Below, piece by piece: positions 17,746 to 28,370 of a stretch of DNA of 64,000 bases. This stretch comes from an uncultured Gemmatimonadaceae bacterium (GTDB taxonomy: Bacteria > Gemmatimonadota > Gemmatimonadetes > Gemmatimonadales > Gemmatimonadaceae): contig CAWBOC010000007.1 in NCBI GenBank assembly GCA_963790305.1, positions 32,001 through 96,000 on the forward strand, given 5' to 3'. Within the stretch, counting starts at the first letter, position 1, and each line of letters starts with the position of its first letter. The notes under the pieces were generated by a model. The model had not been told where the DNA came from. It did no database searches and saw only the letters and a list, made by a program, of their open reading frames with translations. The position numbers and the translations under genes were made by a program.

Positions 17746-20370
17746 TTAGCCAACCCCCCGAACAATACCTTCGACCAATCGACTCTCGTCGAAGTACCGC
17801 TCAGCCAGCTCCCGCATCTCCCGCGCGGTCACCCCCATGACCCGGTCCTCGAACTCATCCAGCTCCTCGAGTCCCGTCCCCACGAGCCATGCATCGATGA
17901 GCTCCGAGAGCACGGCACCGCCGCTCTGCTGACGAATGGCATGCGTCCCGATGGCGTACGATTTTGCCTGTCGCAGCTCGTCCTCGGTCACCTCCGCCTC
18001 GCGCAGCTTCGCGAATTCGCGAAGCAGACCCTCTCGGGCTTCCTGCTCCTTGGCAGGCGACGTGGCAATGTAGGCGATGAACATTCCGGCCAAACGACGC
18101 TCGGCCGAATGGGCATGTACGGTGTACGCAAGCGACCGGCGGTCGCGCAGCTCATCGAAGAAGCGGCCGCCGAGCCCGCTGGCGACGCCGCCAATGAGGC
18201 TCGCTGCATAACGAGCGTCGTCGCGCCGGGTGGGTGACGGAAAGGCCAGCGCCAGGGCGGTCTGCTTCTTCTGGCGCGATTCAGTCACGATCGTCGGACG
18301 ATCGGGCCACGCGGGCGCCTCGAGCTCCGCCGGTTCGCGTGTCCGCAGCTCGGCGAACCGGTTGGCGGCCAGCGCGGCTGCCTCATCGGGATCGACATCT
18401 CCCACGATTCCGATGACCGCGGCGCCGTTCAGGACCTGCTGCGCGTGCCATGACCGCACGCGCTCCGCCTCGATGCGCGCGATCGTCTGCTCGACCCCGT
18501 TCGCCGGAACGCCATAGGGATGTCCGGCGAACGCGCCCTGCACCAGGAGCCGCATCGGATAGCGGTACATGTCGTCGCGCAGCAACGCGAGATCGGCGAT
18601 GGCGATCGTCTTCTCTGTCGCGATCGCCTCGTCCCCGAACGACGCGTCCGTCACTACCTCGGCGAGGAGTGCCATGGCGGCATCAATGTGCTGCGCGGGC
18701 ACCGAGAACGACCATCCGAAGCTTTCTGCGCCGGCCGACGGTGAGATGCTGCCTCCCAACGTCTCGGACTCCTCGGCGAGCTGCGCAGCGGTCCGGCGCG
18801 CGGTTCCCTTGATCGCGGTCCGGGCCATGATGCTCGTGAGGCCGGCATAGTCCACGGGCTCATCGCTCGCACCGCCCAAAATGTGTATGCCGAGATGGAC
18901 GATGGCGCTCGCCTTGCGCCTGACGAGTATCGGGATGCCCGACGACGTGCGATACACCCGCACGCGCCCGACCTCACGCTCGAGGCGTGGCGTATGCGTT
19001 GTGGGGGGCGTCGCCGCTGCCTGGACTGGGGGTTGGGTTGGCAGCACCGCGGGCGGAGATGCGTCGAGCAGCTCTCGCATCGTCTCGGCGTCGCGCAGGG
19101 TCGGCGACGCGGTCTCGGGCCGATAGAGGAGTAGCGCACCGAGCTCGGGAACGAGATATCGCTGCACCGCGTCGGTGACCTGCTCCGGAGTCGCGGTGAG
19201 CAGGCGCTCCAGATACTGATCGCCGAGCGTCCAATCGCCGAGCGCTTCCCACTCGGCGAGATGATTCGCCTGCCCCTCCATCGTCTCGAGCCGGCGGATC
19301 CACTGCGATTCGAAGATCCGGCGCGCGCGCCAGAGCTCGTCGCGCCCGATACCCGCTTCGCGCATGTCGCGCACCTGGCTCCAGGTCGCCCGCGCGGCGT
19401 CGATCGCCGTGTTCGGGGGGCCCTCGGCGTGCACGACGAAGACGCCGAGATCCGTCGGTGTGTAGTTGTACGCCGAGATCGATGCCGCGAGCTGCTGCTC
19501 CCGCACCGCGCGGTAGAGACGTGATGCACGCCCAGTCCCCAGCACGGCGGCGGCCGCGTCGAGAAGGGCCGTGTCGGGATGCATGGTCGGAGCGGTTCGC
19601 CACCCGAGCGCAAGCTGGGTTTGTGTGATGTCTCCCGTGAGCTCGCGGAAGCGAAATCCCTTGTGCTCTCGTTCCTCGGGACCAGGGCTGCGGGCCATGT
19701 CGCCATCAGCCAGCGGTCCATAGAGGCGCTCGACGTGACGCACTGCGTCGTCGGTATCGACATCGCCGACGATGACGAGAATGGTATTGCTCGGTTTGTA
19801 GAAGTTGCGATAAAACCCGGCGACGTGTGCGCGTGTGAAGGTGCGAAGCACCGCCTCCCGGCCAATGCGCCACCGGCGCATACGGTGGGAATCGTGCAGC
19901 ATCTCGTAGAGCGTCTCGACTGCGACCGCGCCCGGATTGTCAGCCTTTCGCTTTGCTTCCTGGATGATGACCTCGAGCTCCTTGCGCAGCTCGTCAGCGT
20001 CGATGACCGAGCTGGCGTAGGCATCGGCCTGAATCTCGAGTCCGGCTACGAATCCGCTCGAAGGAAGGACGGTGTAGTAGCTCGTGTAATCGTAGATCGT
20101 GCCGGCGTTCAGGTACCCGCCCGCCGATTTCGTCTCCTTGGAGATCTCGCCCACGCCACGAGTGGGCGTGCCCTTGAAGTACATGTGCTCGAGCACGTGC
20201 GCGATGCCCACGACGTCATCGGTCTCGTCGAAGTATCCGGCTTTCACGTGCGTGACGATCGCGACCACCGGCGCGGAGTCGTCCCGCCTCACGAGCACGG
20301 TGAGCCCGTTGGCGAGCCGCGTCCTGATCACGGTCTCGGGGGCGAGGAGCGGCAGCGACAGGACGGTCAC
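17746..20370 (-). CDS. M16 family (pitrilysin/insulinase-like) zinc protease, double module
   Basis: LANGLTV, AHVLEHMYFKGT (HxxEH), C-terminal RFFDELRDRRSLAY; GTG start overlaps the upstream TGA. Confidence 0.95.
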   Translation of the reverse strand: MTVLSLPLLAPETVIRTRLANGLTVLVRRDDSAPVVAIVTHVKAGYFDETDDVVGIAHVLEHMYFKGTPTRGVGEISKETKSAGGYLNAGTIYDYTSYYTVLPSSGFVAGLEIQADAYASSVIDADELRKELEVIIQEAKRKADNPGAVAVETLYEMLHDSHRMRRWRIGREAVLRTFTRAHVAGFYRNFYKPSNTILVIVGDVDTDDAVRHVERLYGPLADGDMARSPGPEEREHKGFRFRELTGDITQTQLALGWRTAPTMHPDTALLDAAAAVLGTGRASRLYRAVREQQLAASISAYNYTPTDLGVFVVHAEGPPNTAIDAARATWSQVRDMREAGIGRDELWRARRIFESQWIRRLETMEGQANHLAEWEALGDWTLGDQYLERLLTATPEQVTDAVQRYLVPELGALLLYRPETASPTLRDAETMRELLDASPPAVLPTQPPVQAAATPPTTHTPRLEREVGRVRVYRTSSGIPILVRRKASAIVHLGIHILGGASDEPVDYAGLTSIMARTAIKGTARRTAAQLAEESETLGGSISPSAGAESFGWSFSVPAQHIDAAMALLAEVVTDASFGDEAIATEKTIAIADLALLRDDMYRYPMRLLVQGAFAGHPYGVPANGVEQTIARIEAERVRSWHAQQVLNGAAVIGIVGDVDPDEAAALAANRFAELRTREPAELEAPAWPDRPTIVTESRQKKQTALALAFPSPTRRDDARYAASLIGGVASGLGGRFFDELRDRRSLAYTVHAHSAERRLAGMFIAYIATSPAKEQEAREGLLREFAKLREAEVTEDELRQAKSYAIGTHAIRQQSGGAVLSELIDAWLVGTGLEELDEFEDRVMGVTAREMRELAERYFDESRLVEGIVRGVG

Positions 20371-21101
20371 GTTGCGAGCGGACGGCGCCGAAGAACGAGG
20401 AGGCCGAGTACGAGCCCGCTGATGCCCCATGCGAGCAGCCATAGCAGCGTCCTCGACTCCGCCGATTCCCCGCGCGCGAGCTGTAATCCAACGTCGCGCA
20501 ATTGGTGAAACGGGGGGAGGACGACGTCGAGCACTCGTCCCGCGCGGCTTTCGTGTGCGGGGTACACCGCCCGCAGCACCTGCGCCAACCCCCAGGTGGC
20601 TCCCATGAGCACCCAGTCGAACCGCGCGAGCGTCGAGTAGAGGAACCCGAGGCCGCCAAGGGACAGGTAGACGAGCACGATCATGAGCAGCACACGCGCC
20701 GGGAACACCGGATAGCCAAGCGCGTAGATCGCACCAAGCAGCCCGAGCGCCGTCAACACGAGGCCGATGCCGTTGACGACGTAGGCCTGCGCGTAGTATC
20801 GCGGAATCGAGACCGGCTTCGCGAACAGGAAGCGGTAATATCCTTTGACGCGATCGCTGGAGACGACGCCGTTGATGCCGATGAGTACGCAGATCAGCGA
20901 GAACTCCGCGAACAGCTGCACGATGCCATACCGCGCGGAGATCGCGGCCTGCAGGGGGGTCGCGGCCTCGTCGAGGTTGCGGAGGGACATGATGATGGGG
21001 AAGGTCATCAGCGACGCGACGATGAGGAGCGGGGCGCCTCGCTCGACGACGAAGTCGCGCGCCTGCCAGGCGAGATAGCTCCACATCCGCGCGCGTCTCA
21101 T
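20367..21101 (-). CDS. ABC-2 type transporter permease
   Basis: About six TM helices; DRVKGYYRFLFAKPVS motif; coupled to the ATPase. Confidence 0.85.
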   Translation of the reverse strand: MRRARMWSYLAWQARDFVVERGAPLLIVASLMTFPIIMSLRNLDEAATPLQAAISARYGIVQLFAEFSLICVLIGINGVVSSDRVKGYYRFLFAKPVSIPRYYAQAYVVNGIGLVLTALGLLGAIYALGYPVFPARVLLMIVLVYLSLGGLGFLYSTLARFDWVLMGATWGLAQVLRAVYPAHESRAGRVLDVVLPPFHQLRDVGLQLARGESAESRTLLWLLAWGISGLVLGLLVLRRRPLAT

Positions 21102-22030
21102 GATTCGCCGCGGACAGAATCGGTTGACGAACGAACGGCCTCTCGGAACTGCGCCTCGAGACCGGAGTGTGCCGGAATCAGGGCGGTGATCTGACCACCG
21201 CGCGCGAGGAAGTCGGCAAGCCGCTGATTCAAGGCCTCGGCGTCGCCACCCTCGATCTCGAACTGCCCGTCCCCCAGCGAGCGCGCCGCCGGAAACACGG
21301 AGGGGACGAGCTCCGCTCCCAGTGCGGTCGTCAGGTGGTACGAGGCGGCGACATCTCGCGACGCGGCGCGCCGCGTCTCGACGACCCGCTGGAGCCGTCC
21401 GCGGTCGATGATCGCGACGCGGTCGCAGAGGCGCTCGAGCTCGTCGAGATTGTGGGACGCGATGAGCATCGTACGCTCGGGAGCGCGGAGCCGTTGAACG
21501 AGGTCCCGAAAGCGCTGCGTCCATACCGGGTCGAGTCCATGCGTGGGCTCGTCGAGGATCAGCACCTGCTCGTCGCGGAGCAATGCCTGCGCGAGTCCAA
21601 GGCGCTGGAGGTTTCCCTTCGACAGCGCCTTGAGCTTCTTGTGCCGGTGCTCGCCGATCCCCAGCTCGTCAATGACGGCCTCGACGCGCTCGCGTGCGAC
21701 GCTGTCGGGAAGCCCGGCCAGCACGGCAAGACGCTCGAGAGTTCCCTCGAGGGTCCACTGCGGATTGAGGGTGACGAGCTCCGACAGATACCCTATGCCA
21801 TGCCGCTCAATGTAGGGACGCGGGGCGCTGTCGGCGATGGTGACACGGCCCGCCGTGGGTGGCAGGTAGCCTAACAGCAGAGAGATGAGCGTGCTCTTGC
21901 CGGCCCCGTTAGGCCCCGCCAGCCCCATGATCTCGCCACGCCCAATGGTGAGCGTGAATTCCTCCACCGCGCGCACCGGCGGGCGAAAAAGCGAGGTATA
22001 GGTTTTTGAGACGGAATCGAACGCGATCAC
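21098..22030 (-). CDS. ABC transporter ATP-binding protein
   Basis: GPNGAGKST, LSKGNLQR, ILDEPT, ASHN. Confidence 0.95.
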   Translation of the reverse strand: MIAFDSVSKTYTSLFRPPVRAVEEFTLTIGRGEIMGLAGPNGAGKSTLISLLLGYLPPTAGRVTIADSAPRPYIERHGIGYLSELVTLNPQWTLEGTLERLAVLAGLPDSVARERVEAVIDELGIGEHRHKKLKALSKGNLQRLGLAQALLRDEQVLILDEPTHGLDPVWTQRFRDLVQRLRAPERTMLIASHNLDELERLCDRVAIIDRGRLQRVVETRRAASRDVAASYHLTTALGAELVPSVFPAARSLGDGQFEIEGGDAEALNQRLADFLARGGQITALIPAHSGLEAQFREAVRSSTDSVRGES

Positions 22031-23030
22031 GCCGGCGGTCGCTGCATGCGGGTGCCCCCTGGGCGGGCGCCGGCGGCGCGCAGGCGATCCACGGGCCCTG
22101 GCCCGCGCGAGTGAGGAAACGCTGTCCCTCGTCGACACGATTGAGCCGAATGAGCGAGCAGCCGAGGTAACCCATCGACGTGCGGTCGCGCGGCTGGAGC
22201 TCGAGCGCGCGCACGAACGCGCGCCGCGCCGCGTCGTAATTCCGCAGCGTCAGGAAGTAGCTTCCCAGCTCGCGGTGCGCCTGGTAGTTGCCCTGCTCGA
22301 GCTGCACGGCCCGGGAGATTTCGCGGCCCGCGGTCGCCAGGTCGCCCTGATCGCGCGCGACCCGCCCGAGCCAAATGTGCGGCATGGCGTCTTCCGGTCG
22401 CGCATTCGCCGCATCCTGGAACTCGGTGCGCGCGAGCGCGAGGCGCCCGTCACGATACGCTTCCTGTCCGCGCCGCATGGCGGCGCTCGGTCCCCCTCGC
22501 TCGAAGAAGAACCAGGCGGCACCAGCGGCTGCGAGCACCAGCAGCAAGGCGCCAATGGGAAGCCATGGAATCCGTGAGCGACGCGCGGGCACAGGTGTGC
22601 CGAGGGCATCGGTCGTCACCACCGCAGCCGCCGGTATCGCGGCTGTGGCCGTCGCATTCGCTCCGGCGCTCGCCGCCTCCGTGCGGAGCCCCTGGTCAAG
22701 CTTGTTGTACGCCTCGCGCGCCGCCTCGATATCGGCGCTCGTCGGTCGATACTCGGTGCGCTTTACCCGGTCGCGGGCCGCGAGAAAATCGAGCAGGGCA
22801 TGTGCCTGCTCGATGGAGATCATGTTCCGCTGCCGAAGCTCCTGGATGAGCGGCTGCCCGCCGAGCGCCGAGCCGCCGAGAAGGGCGCGCATGGCGACCT
22901 CCACGGCATTCCAAATGTCGAGGATGTCGGCGGCGATCTCTTCCGGGTTTTGCGTAATGTCCACCCGCGCCACGAGCGGGCGTGCGGGGGCGAGTGCCGC
23001 CATCGCGGCACGGTGGTGCGCCGTGATCAC
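22027..23030 (-). CDS. HEPN-like N-domain / single TM / periplasmic TPR protein (probable indel near 22065)
   Basis: Helical N-domain, TM IPWLPIGALLLVLAAAGAAWFFF, about four TPRs; likely true stop at 22027-22029 overlapping the ATPase GTG. Confidence 0.75.
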
Positions 23031-24146
23031 CGCACGATGCGAAGGAGTCCGGCGTCCGCGCTGCCGCGGATGAAGCTCTCGGCGTTGTGTGTCGGTATCA
23101 TGATGCCCGTGAGTGAATAGCCTCGACGGGCCTCGTTATGCATGAACTCCTGCACGGTGCGGCCCGCCCACTGCTTGTTGGCGTCCCGCATCTCTCGCAC
23201 GATCTGGTCCCAACTGCCAATGTACTCGCGACCCTCGCGCGTCATGATACGGTGCCGTGGCTCGATCGGGTCGCGCTGATCGGCGAGCTCGCTCAACAGG
23301 GCGCCGAATAGCTCCAGCTGTCCCTGCTGGCTGTCGCCCGTGCGCTGATCGTTGAAGCGCCCCTCGATCTCGGACAGCATCTCGTCCACGTCGTCGGGCT
23401 CGCCGGCCAGCTCGGCCAGCCGCTCGTCCCAGGGCCGCAGCTCAGGATCATCGTCCTGAAGTCGATAGATCGACTTCTTCAGCTCGACCAGACGCCAGAT
23501 CCCCAGCTCATCCCAGTGATCTTCCGGAGTCGTGCGGTCGAGGTGATAGAGCGCGGCCTCATAGTCGCCGCGATCATAGAGGATGTTCGCGAGATAGATC
23601 CGCGCCTCGGCGTGATCGTCGTCGATCTGAAGGGCGCGGCGGAGCATCGACACCGCGGAATCCTCCTCCCCAAGACGGTGCTGCGTGTACCCCAGCAGCG
23701 CGACGCCTTCCGCCATCTCCAGGCGCCTGCTGCACCGAGATCTCGAAGAACTCCCGCGCCTCATCGAAGAGGCTCTCGCGGAAGAGAGCGCGCCCCACCT
23801 GGAGCATGAGATCGAGATCGTCGCGGTACCCGAGCTCGAGGATGCGGCGGAACGTCTTCACGCCCGCTTCCTGCTGCCCGAACTTCATCAGTGTCTCGCC
23901 CAGGCCGGCGAGGGCGTCCTCGTGCTCCGGATCGAGCACCAAAGCTTCCTCGAAGCTCCGTCGCGCCCACGCATATTCCTCACGCGCGAGACGGGCGTAC
24001 CCCACCCCAATGTGGAGCTCTACCGAATGCGGGTAGAGCGCCAACCCTTCGCGAAGCACCTCGAGCGCCTCCTCGTACTGCCCCTCGTTATAGAGCTGAT
24101 GGGCGCGCTCGTCGTACTCTTCGGAACTCAGGAACGGGGAAGGCAT
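23027..24146 (-). CDS. Cytoplasmic TPR protein with unknown C-terminal domain (frameshift near 23720)
   Basis: TPRs in ORF 23574-24164 continue in ORF 23027-23764. Confidence 0.8.
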
Positions 24147-24276
24147 GTCCAGCGGCACCTCCAACCGGAAGGGTAGGCCTCACGCCTATACTACCACGAC
24201 GAAACCGCGAAGTTCAAGCAATAGAAGCAAATAGCGACTTGGAGGCGGGTGCCTCGCTCTCCTTGAGGGCCAAGGG

Positions 24277-25185
24277 TCATGGGCCTGCGGCCAGTTCGCA
24301 CGCTATCTCCGCCGCCAGCATGGCGTTGGCTTCGAGCAATGCCAGATTCGCGCCCAGTGACCGCCCACCTGTCTCACGCTCCACGGCCGCCAGTAGAAAC
24401 GGTGTAAGAGCGCCACCATGAACACCTTCGGACTGCGCTGCCCGCATCGCGCTCTCCACCGCATCCTCGACGGCGCGCCGCGGCAACGCAACATCAGCCG
24501 GTGGCGGCTGCACCACGAGCATCGCCGTTCGCCGGCCCAGCTCGCGGTGGGCGCGCCAGATCGCCGCCACTTCCTTTACCGTTTCTGTCCGCGTTGAAAG
24601 CGGCAGACCCGTCTCGGCGGTGAAGAATCCGGGCATCTCGCCCGTGCGATATCCAATAAGGGGAACGCTCAGCGTCTCGAGGCGTTCCAGGGTCGCGGGC
24701 ACGTCGAGGATGGACTTTGCCCCCGCACTCACGACGAGCACTGGCGTTCGCGCGAGCTCCACGAGGTCGGCGGATTCGTCGTACGTCACGCCGTCGGTGG
24801 CCCGGTGAACGCCACCGATTCCACCGGTGGCGAATGCCTCGATGCCCGCCAGCGCAGCAATCGCAATCGCTGCGGCGACGGTTGTCGCGCCGTCGGTGCC
24901 TCGAGCCATGGCCATCGGGAGATCGCGTGCGGACACCTTGCCTATGCCCTCGCGTCTGAGAAAACGCTCCAGCTCCGCATCCTCGAGCCCGGCCGTCACC
25001 ACACCGCTCACGACGGCCGTGATCGCCGGGACCGCGCCGCGAGAAGACACGGCGCGCACCATCCGCTCGGCAGCGTCCCGGTTCGCAGGGGCGGGGAGCC
25101 CCTGCGCCAACACCGAGCTTTCCAATGCGACGACGGGACGCCCGTCGCGCAACGCGGCCGCGACCGCCGTCGGAACGCGGACCAT
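24277..25185 (-). CDS. psuG: Pseudouridine-5'-phosphate glycosidase
   Basis: PVVALES, GATTVA, FATGGIGGVHR, SADLVEL, SAGAKSILD, TPFLL. Confidence 0.95.
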   Translation of the reverse strand: MVRVPTAVAAALRDGRPVVALESSVLAQGLPAPANRDAAERMVRAVSSRGAVPAITAVVSGVVTAGLEDAELERFLRREGIGKVSARDLPMAMARGTDGATTVAAAIAIAALAGIEAFATGGIGGVHRATDGVTYDESADLVELARTPVLVVSAGAKSILDVPATLERLETLSVPLIGYRTGEMPGFFTAETGLPLSTRTETVKEVAAIWRAHRELGRRTAMLVVQPPPADVALPRRAVEDAVESAMRAAQSEGVHGGALTPFLLAAVERETGGRSLGANLALLEANAMLAAEIACELAAGP

Positions 25186-25199
25186 CCCCACCGAACCGG

Positions 25200-26844
25200 C
25201 TAGAGCGAGGCGCGCAGCGATCGCTCCCGCACCTCGCGGAACTCCGCGTCCGGGTTCCAGATGGGAACGGTCGTCGAGTTCGCGACCGAGGTGCCGAAAC
25301 GAAGCACGATGTCGGCAAGCTGCGCGGCACCCGTCAGGTCGAAGTCCGCTCGATAGGCGTCGGATGGCTGATGGTAGCGCTTGGCGGTGTAATCCTCGTT
25401 CTGCTCGACGCCCCATCCCTTCGGCCGTCCAATGAAATCGGTTCCGGGACCGATGGAGACAGACGGAATGCCGACCTTCGCGAACGAGAAGTGATCGGAG
25501 CGATAGAAGTATCCGCGCTCGGGATGCTCCTCGGGCGTGATGCGCATGCCTCGTGTGCCGAGCATGCGTGCAAGCGCGGGACCGAGCGAAGACTTGTTCG
25601 AGCCAAGCACCGTGAGATCGCGCACGCGGCCGAGGATGTTGCCGCCGTCCACGTTCGATGTTGGCCACGATCCTGTCGACGGGCGCGGCGGGGTTCTGTC
25701 CGAAGAATTCGGAGCCGAGCAGGCCCGACTCCTCCGCGGTGACGAACACGAAGAGCAGCGACCGGCGCGGCCTCGGCGACTGCTGCGCCACGCGCGCCAC
25801 CGCCAGCAGGTCGGCGACGCCCAATGCGTTGTCGAGCGCACCATTGTAAATGGAGTCGCCCTCAACGGCCGGTCCGATCCCGAGATGATCCCAGTGCGAG
25901 CTGAAGGCGACGAACTGGTCGCGCAGCATCGGATCGCGCCCGCGGACGATGCCGACGACGTTCTCGGACTCGAGATGCTCGACGGTGTTCCGGAAAGCGA
26001 TTTCCACAGTGATTCCGGTCGGCACGGGAGCAAAGTCGCGCGACTCAGCCTGCGTGCGAAGCTGCCCGAGGTTGAGCCCGGCCTGGGCGAGCAGGGTCGT
26101 TGCGGCACTGTCGGTGATCCACCCCCGCACCCCGAGTGGAGCGGGAAGCTCGGGATCTCGTGGCAACATGCGTTGCTCCTTTGCCCACGATCCAACCACC
26201 GTATGCCACGGGTAACCAGCACGCTCCGTCGTGTGCACGATGAGCGCGCCCGCTGCGCCACGACGTTCCGCTTCCTCGAACTTGTACGTCCAGCGTCCGT
26301 AGTACGTCATCGCCCGGCCGCCAAACAGATCCGGTTCATTCCGCGGAGCGGGAGGGTCGTTGACGAGGATGAGCAGAACCTTCCCCCGGACGTCGACGTC
26401 CTTGAAGTCGTTCCACTTGTACTCTGGCGCGGTCGATCCATAGCCCACGAACACGAGCTCGCCGCGCGCGACGCTCGAGTCCGCCGCAGACCCAGCCCAC
26501 ACGACGATGTCCTCTGGATATCGGAACGGTCCGCTTGCGCGCCCGCTCGCTGATGCACGGATTGTCGCGCGATTGGCGGCGACGATGTCGATGGGGACCT
26601 TCTGGAAGTACGAGCCGTTCACGCCCGGCTCGACGCCGAAGATCCGGAGCTGCGCCGCGATGTACTCCGCGGCGAGCCGGCCGCCCCGTGTCGCGGGAGC
26701 CCGCCCCTCGAGAAGGTCCGACGACAGGAACCGTAGATGCCCGTCGATCTCGTTGGGCGTAATCGGGGCCGGCGCGGCGGCGGACTGCGCCAACGCCGGC
26801 GTCGCCGCAAGGCAGAGCGAGAGCAGCGTCGTAATCCGTGTCAT
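25200..26844 (-). CDS. M28 family aminopeptidase with PA domain (frameshift near 25655)
   Basis: Signal peptide; LSSDLLEGR, SHWDHLG, NGALDNA, TAEESGLLGS; C-terminal YRSDHFSF and YHQPSD in the adjacent frame. Confidence 0.92.
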
Positions 26845-26919
26845 GGTGCGAATGGTGTGAGAGGTCTCATCGCCGTAGCTTGGCGAGTGGACGCGCCTTA
26901 AGGAAGGCGTGGCCATGCG

Positions 26920-26935
26920 TGGCGAAGAATTTGCC
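26920..26935 (+). promoter_or_regulatory. Candidate sigma54 promoter
   Basis: TGGCGAAGAATTTGCC, about 36 nt upstream of the small gene at 26972. Confidence 0.45.
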
Positions 26936-26971
26936 TTTGTAAGGCTCCGAACATTCACGAGTGGAGATAGC

Positions 26972-27172
26972 GTGTCAGAAACTGAAACCGTTCCGGCGAC
27001 GCGCGGACGCACGGGCGTCGCGATCGGAGTTCTCATCGTCACCCTGCTGGCGCTGGCCTTCTACTTCTACTGGCGCACGACGGGCGCCCGCGACGACAGC
27101 GGACGGCGTCCGGCGCCGCCACGAGAGATCAGCGCCGCGCCGTCGAGGCTCGAGATGGCGGTCGTGGGGTAG
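26972..27172 (+). CDS. Small single-TM protein
   Basis: GGAGA RBS then GTG; TM VAIGVLIVTLLALAFYFYW. Confidence 0.6.
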   Translation: MSETETVPATRGRTGVAIGVLIVTLLALAFYFYWRTTGARDDSGRRPAPPREISAAPSRLEMAVVG

Positions 27173-27185
27173 CCGGGGACCGGAC

Positions 27186-27251
27186 GCGGAATACGGAAAG
27201 CGGAATACGAATGCTGCGGTTCAGTTGTTCCGCATTCCGTTTTCCGCATTT
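27186..27251. repeat. GCGGAAT heptamer tandem inverted repeat overlapping the sortase 3' end
   Basis: gcggaatacggaaagcggaatacgaat facing ttccgcattccgttttccgcatt. Confidence 0.75.
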
Positions 27252-27829
27252 GACGCGATCTGTCTCGCCTCGAGGATGAGCCGCTCCGGCGCCGTTCCCA
27301 GATAGCGCAATGGCCAGCACGTCGTGAGCGTGAGGACCGGCTCGTCGCTCGAGAAGAGCGCGGGCTTGCCCGCCCCGACCACGCGCCGCTTCGTCACGAT
27401 CCAGCTCGCGCGTCCAGACGCTGTCTCGGTGAACACCGTATCGCCGATCTGAAGGTCGCCGAGCGTCGAGAAGTGGCGGTCGCGGTGGGCCGAGATTACC
27501 GCGTTGCCCTGGTCTCCCGGTGTCGCGGATCCTGGAAGGTGCCCGGGGCCCGCGTTCAGCTCGGCGTCGCCCACACCTTCGACGACGATCTCATCGAGGC
27601 CGATCGACGGGATGATGAGCCGAGCGATCGGAGCGCCGCGCGCGACCCTCGCGTCGCTCTCGCCGAAGTCGATCAGTCGCGACTCGCGAACGGCGCGCTG
27701 CGCTTCCGCGCGCTCCCACGCACTGCGCGCGTCACTGCGCGCGAGCGCGCCCCGGGCGTAGGTCGAGCCGGTATAGACGAGGAGCGCGCCACCGATCAGA
27801 AGACATAGCGCGCCAACGCGACGGCGCAC
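27221..27829 (-). CDS. Class D sortase
   Basis: N-terminal TM; GPGHLPGS, SAHRD (His), TLTTCWP (Cys), ERL (Arg). Confidence 0.93.
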   Translation of the reverse strand: MRRRVGALCLLIGGALLVYTGSTYARGALARSDARSAWERAEAQRAVRESRLIDFGESDARVARGAPIARLIIPSIGLDEIVVEGVGDAELNAGPGHLPGSATPGDQGNAVISAHRDRHFSTLGDLQIGDTVFTETASGRASWIVTKRRVVGAGKPALFSSDEPVLTLTTCWPLRYLGTAPERLILEARQIASNAENGMRNN

Positions 27830-27834
27830 GCTGC

Positions 27835-28239
27835 CTAACGCCGGCGGAGGGCCGCGCCGCCCGCGACCAGGCCCAGGCCGAGAAGGACAAGCGCGGGCAG
27901 CGGGGTGGCCGTATTGGGGGCCGGGGCGCCTTCCTGGAACGCCGTCACCTCTCGCGCCGCGGGCTCACCAGCCGGTGGCGTCTCGACGATCACTGGCGGC
28001 GTAACCGTGTCCTGTGGCGCCGTGGCCGCGACGGCGACTGCGGCGGAGTCTACCCACGCCTTCATGTCGGTCATGCGCGCGGCGGCGCTGCTATCGGTCG
28101 CTACCGCTCCGGCCTCGGCGATCATCTCGACCGGGGGTGCGGGCCGCGGCGGCGGCGTCACCAGCCCCGTGAACTGGGCCGAGGCGCTGGGAGCGACAAG
28201 GAGGGCGGCGACAATGAAGCTCAGGGTCGGAATGCGCAC
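27835..28239 (-). CDS. Sortase substrate: small secreted Pro/Ala-rich protein with APNTA sorting signal
   Basis: Signal peptide (ASA-Q); C-terminal APNTA + TPLPALVLLGLGLVAGGAAL + RRR. Confidence 0.85.
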   Translation of the reverse strand: MRIPTLSFIVAALLVAPSASAQFTGLVTPPPRPAPPVEMIAEAGAVATDSSAAARMTDMKAWVDSAAVAVAATAPQDTVTPPVIVETPPAGEPAAREVTAFQEGAPAPNTATPLPALVLLGLGLVAGGAALRRR

Positions 28240-28278
28240 GACGATAACCTCGCGAGGGAGTTCAGCACCCCCGGAAAG

Positions 28279-28294
28279 GGCATTTCGCGTACCA
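28279..28294 (-). promoter_or_regulatory. Candidate sigma54 promoter for the substrate-sortase pair
   Basis: TGGTACGCGAAATGCC on minus strand, about 40 nt upstream of the start. Confidence 0.4.
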
Positions 28295-28300
28295 ACGGAC

Positions 28301-28370
28301 AGAGGCGCTAGAGGCGCTAGAGGCGCTAAGGGGTAGCGCCTTTAGCGCCTCTAGCGCCTTTAGCGCCTTT
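28301..28370. repeat. GAGGCGCTA 9-mer tandem inverted repeat
   Basis: Three (a)gaggcgcta units facing four tagcgcct(t/c) units. Confidence 0.8.

Noticed and set aside
24277..27042. Apparent M28 peptidase-PsuG fusion (921-aa ORF)
   Set aside because: Frameshift near 25655; the true M28 C-terminus is in another frame ending at 25200 and psuG has its own ATG at 25185.
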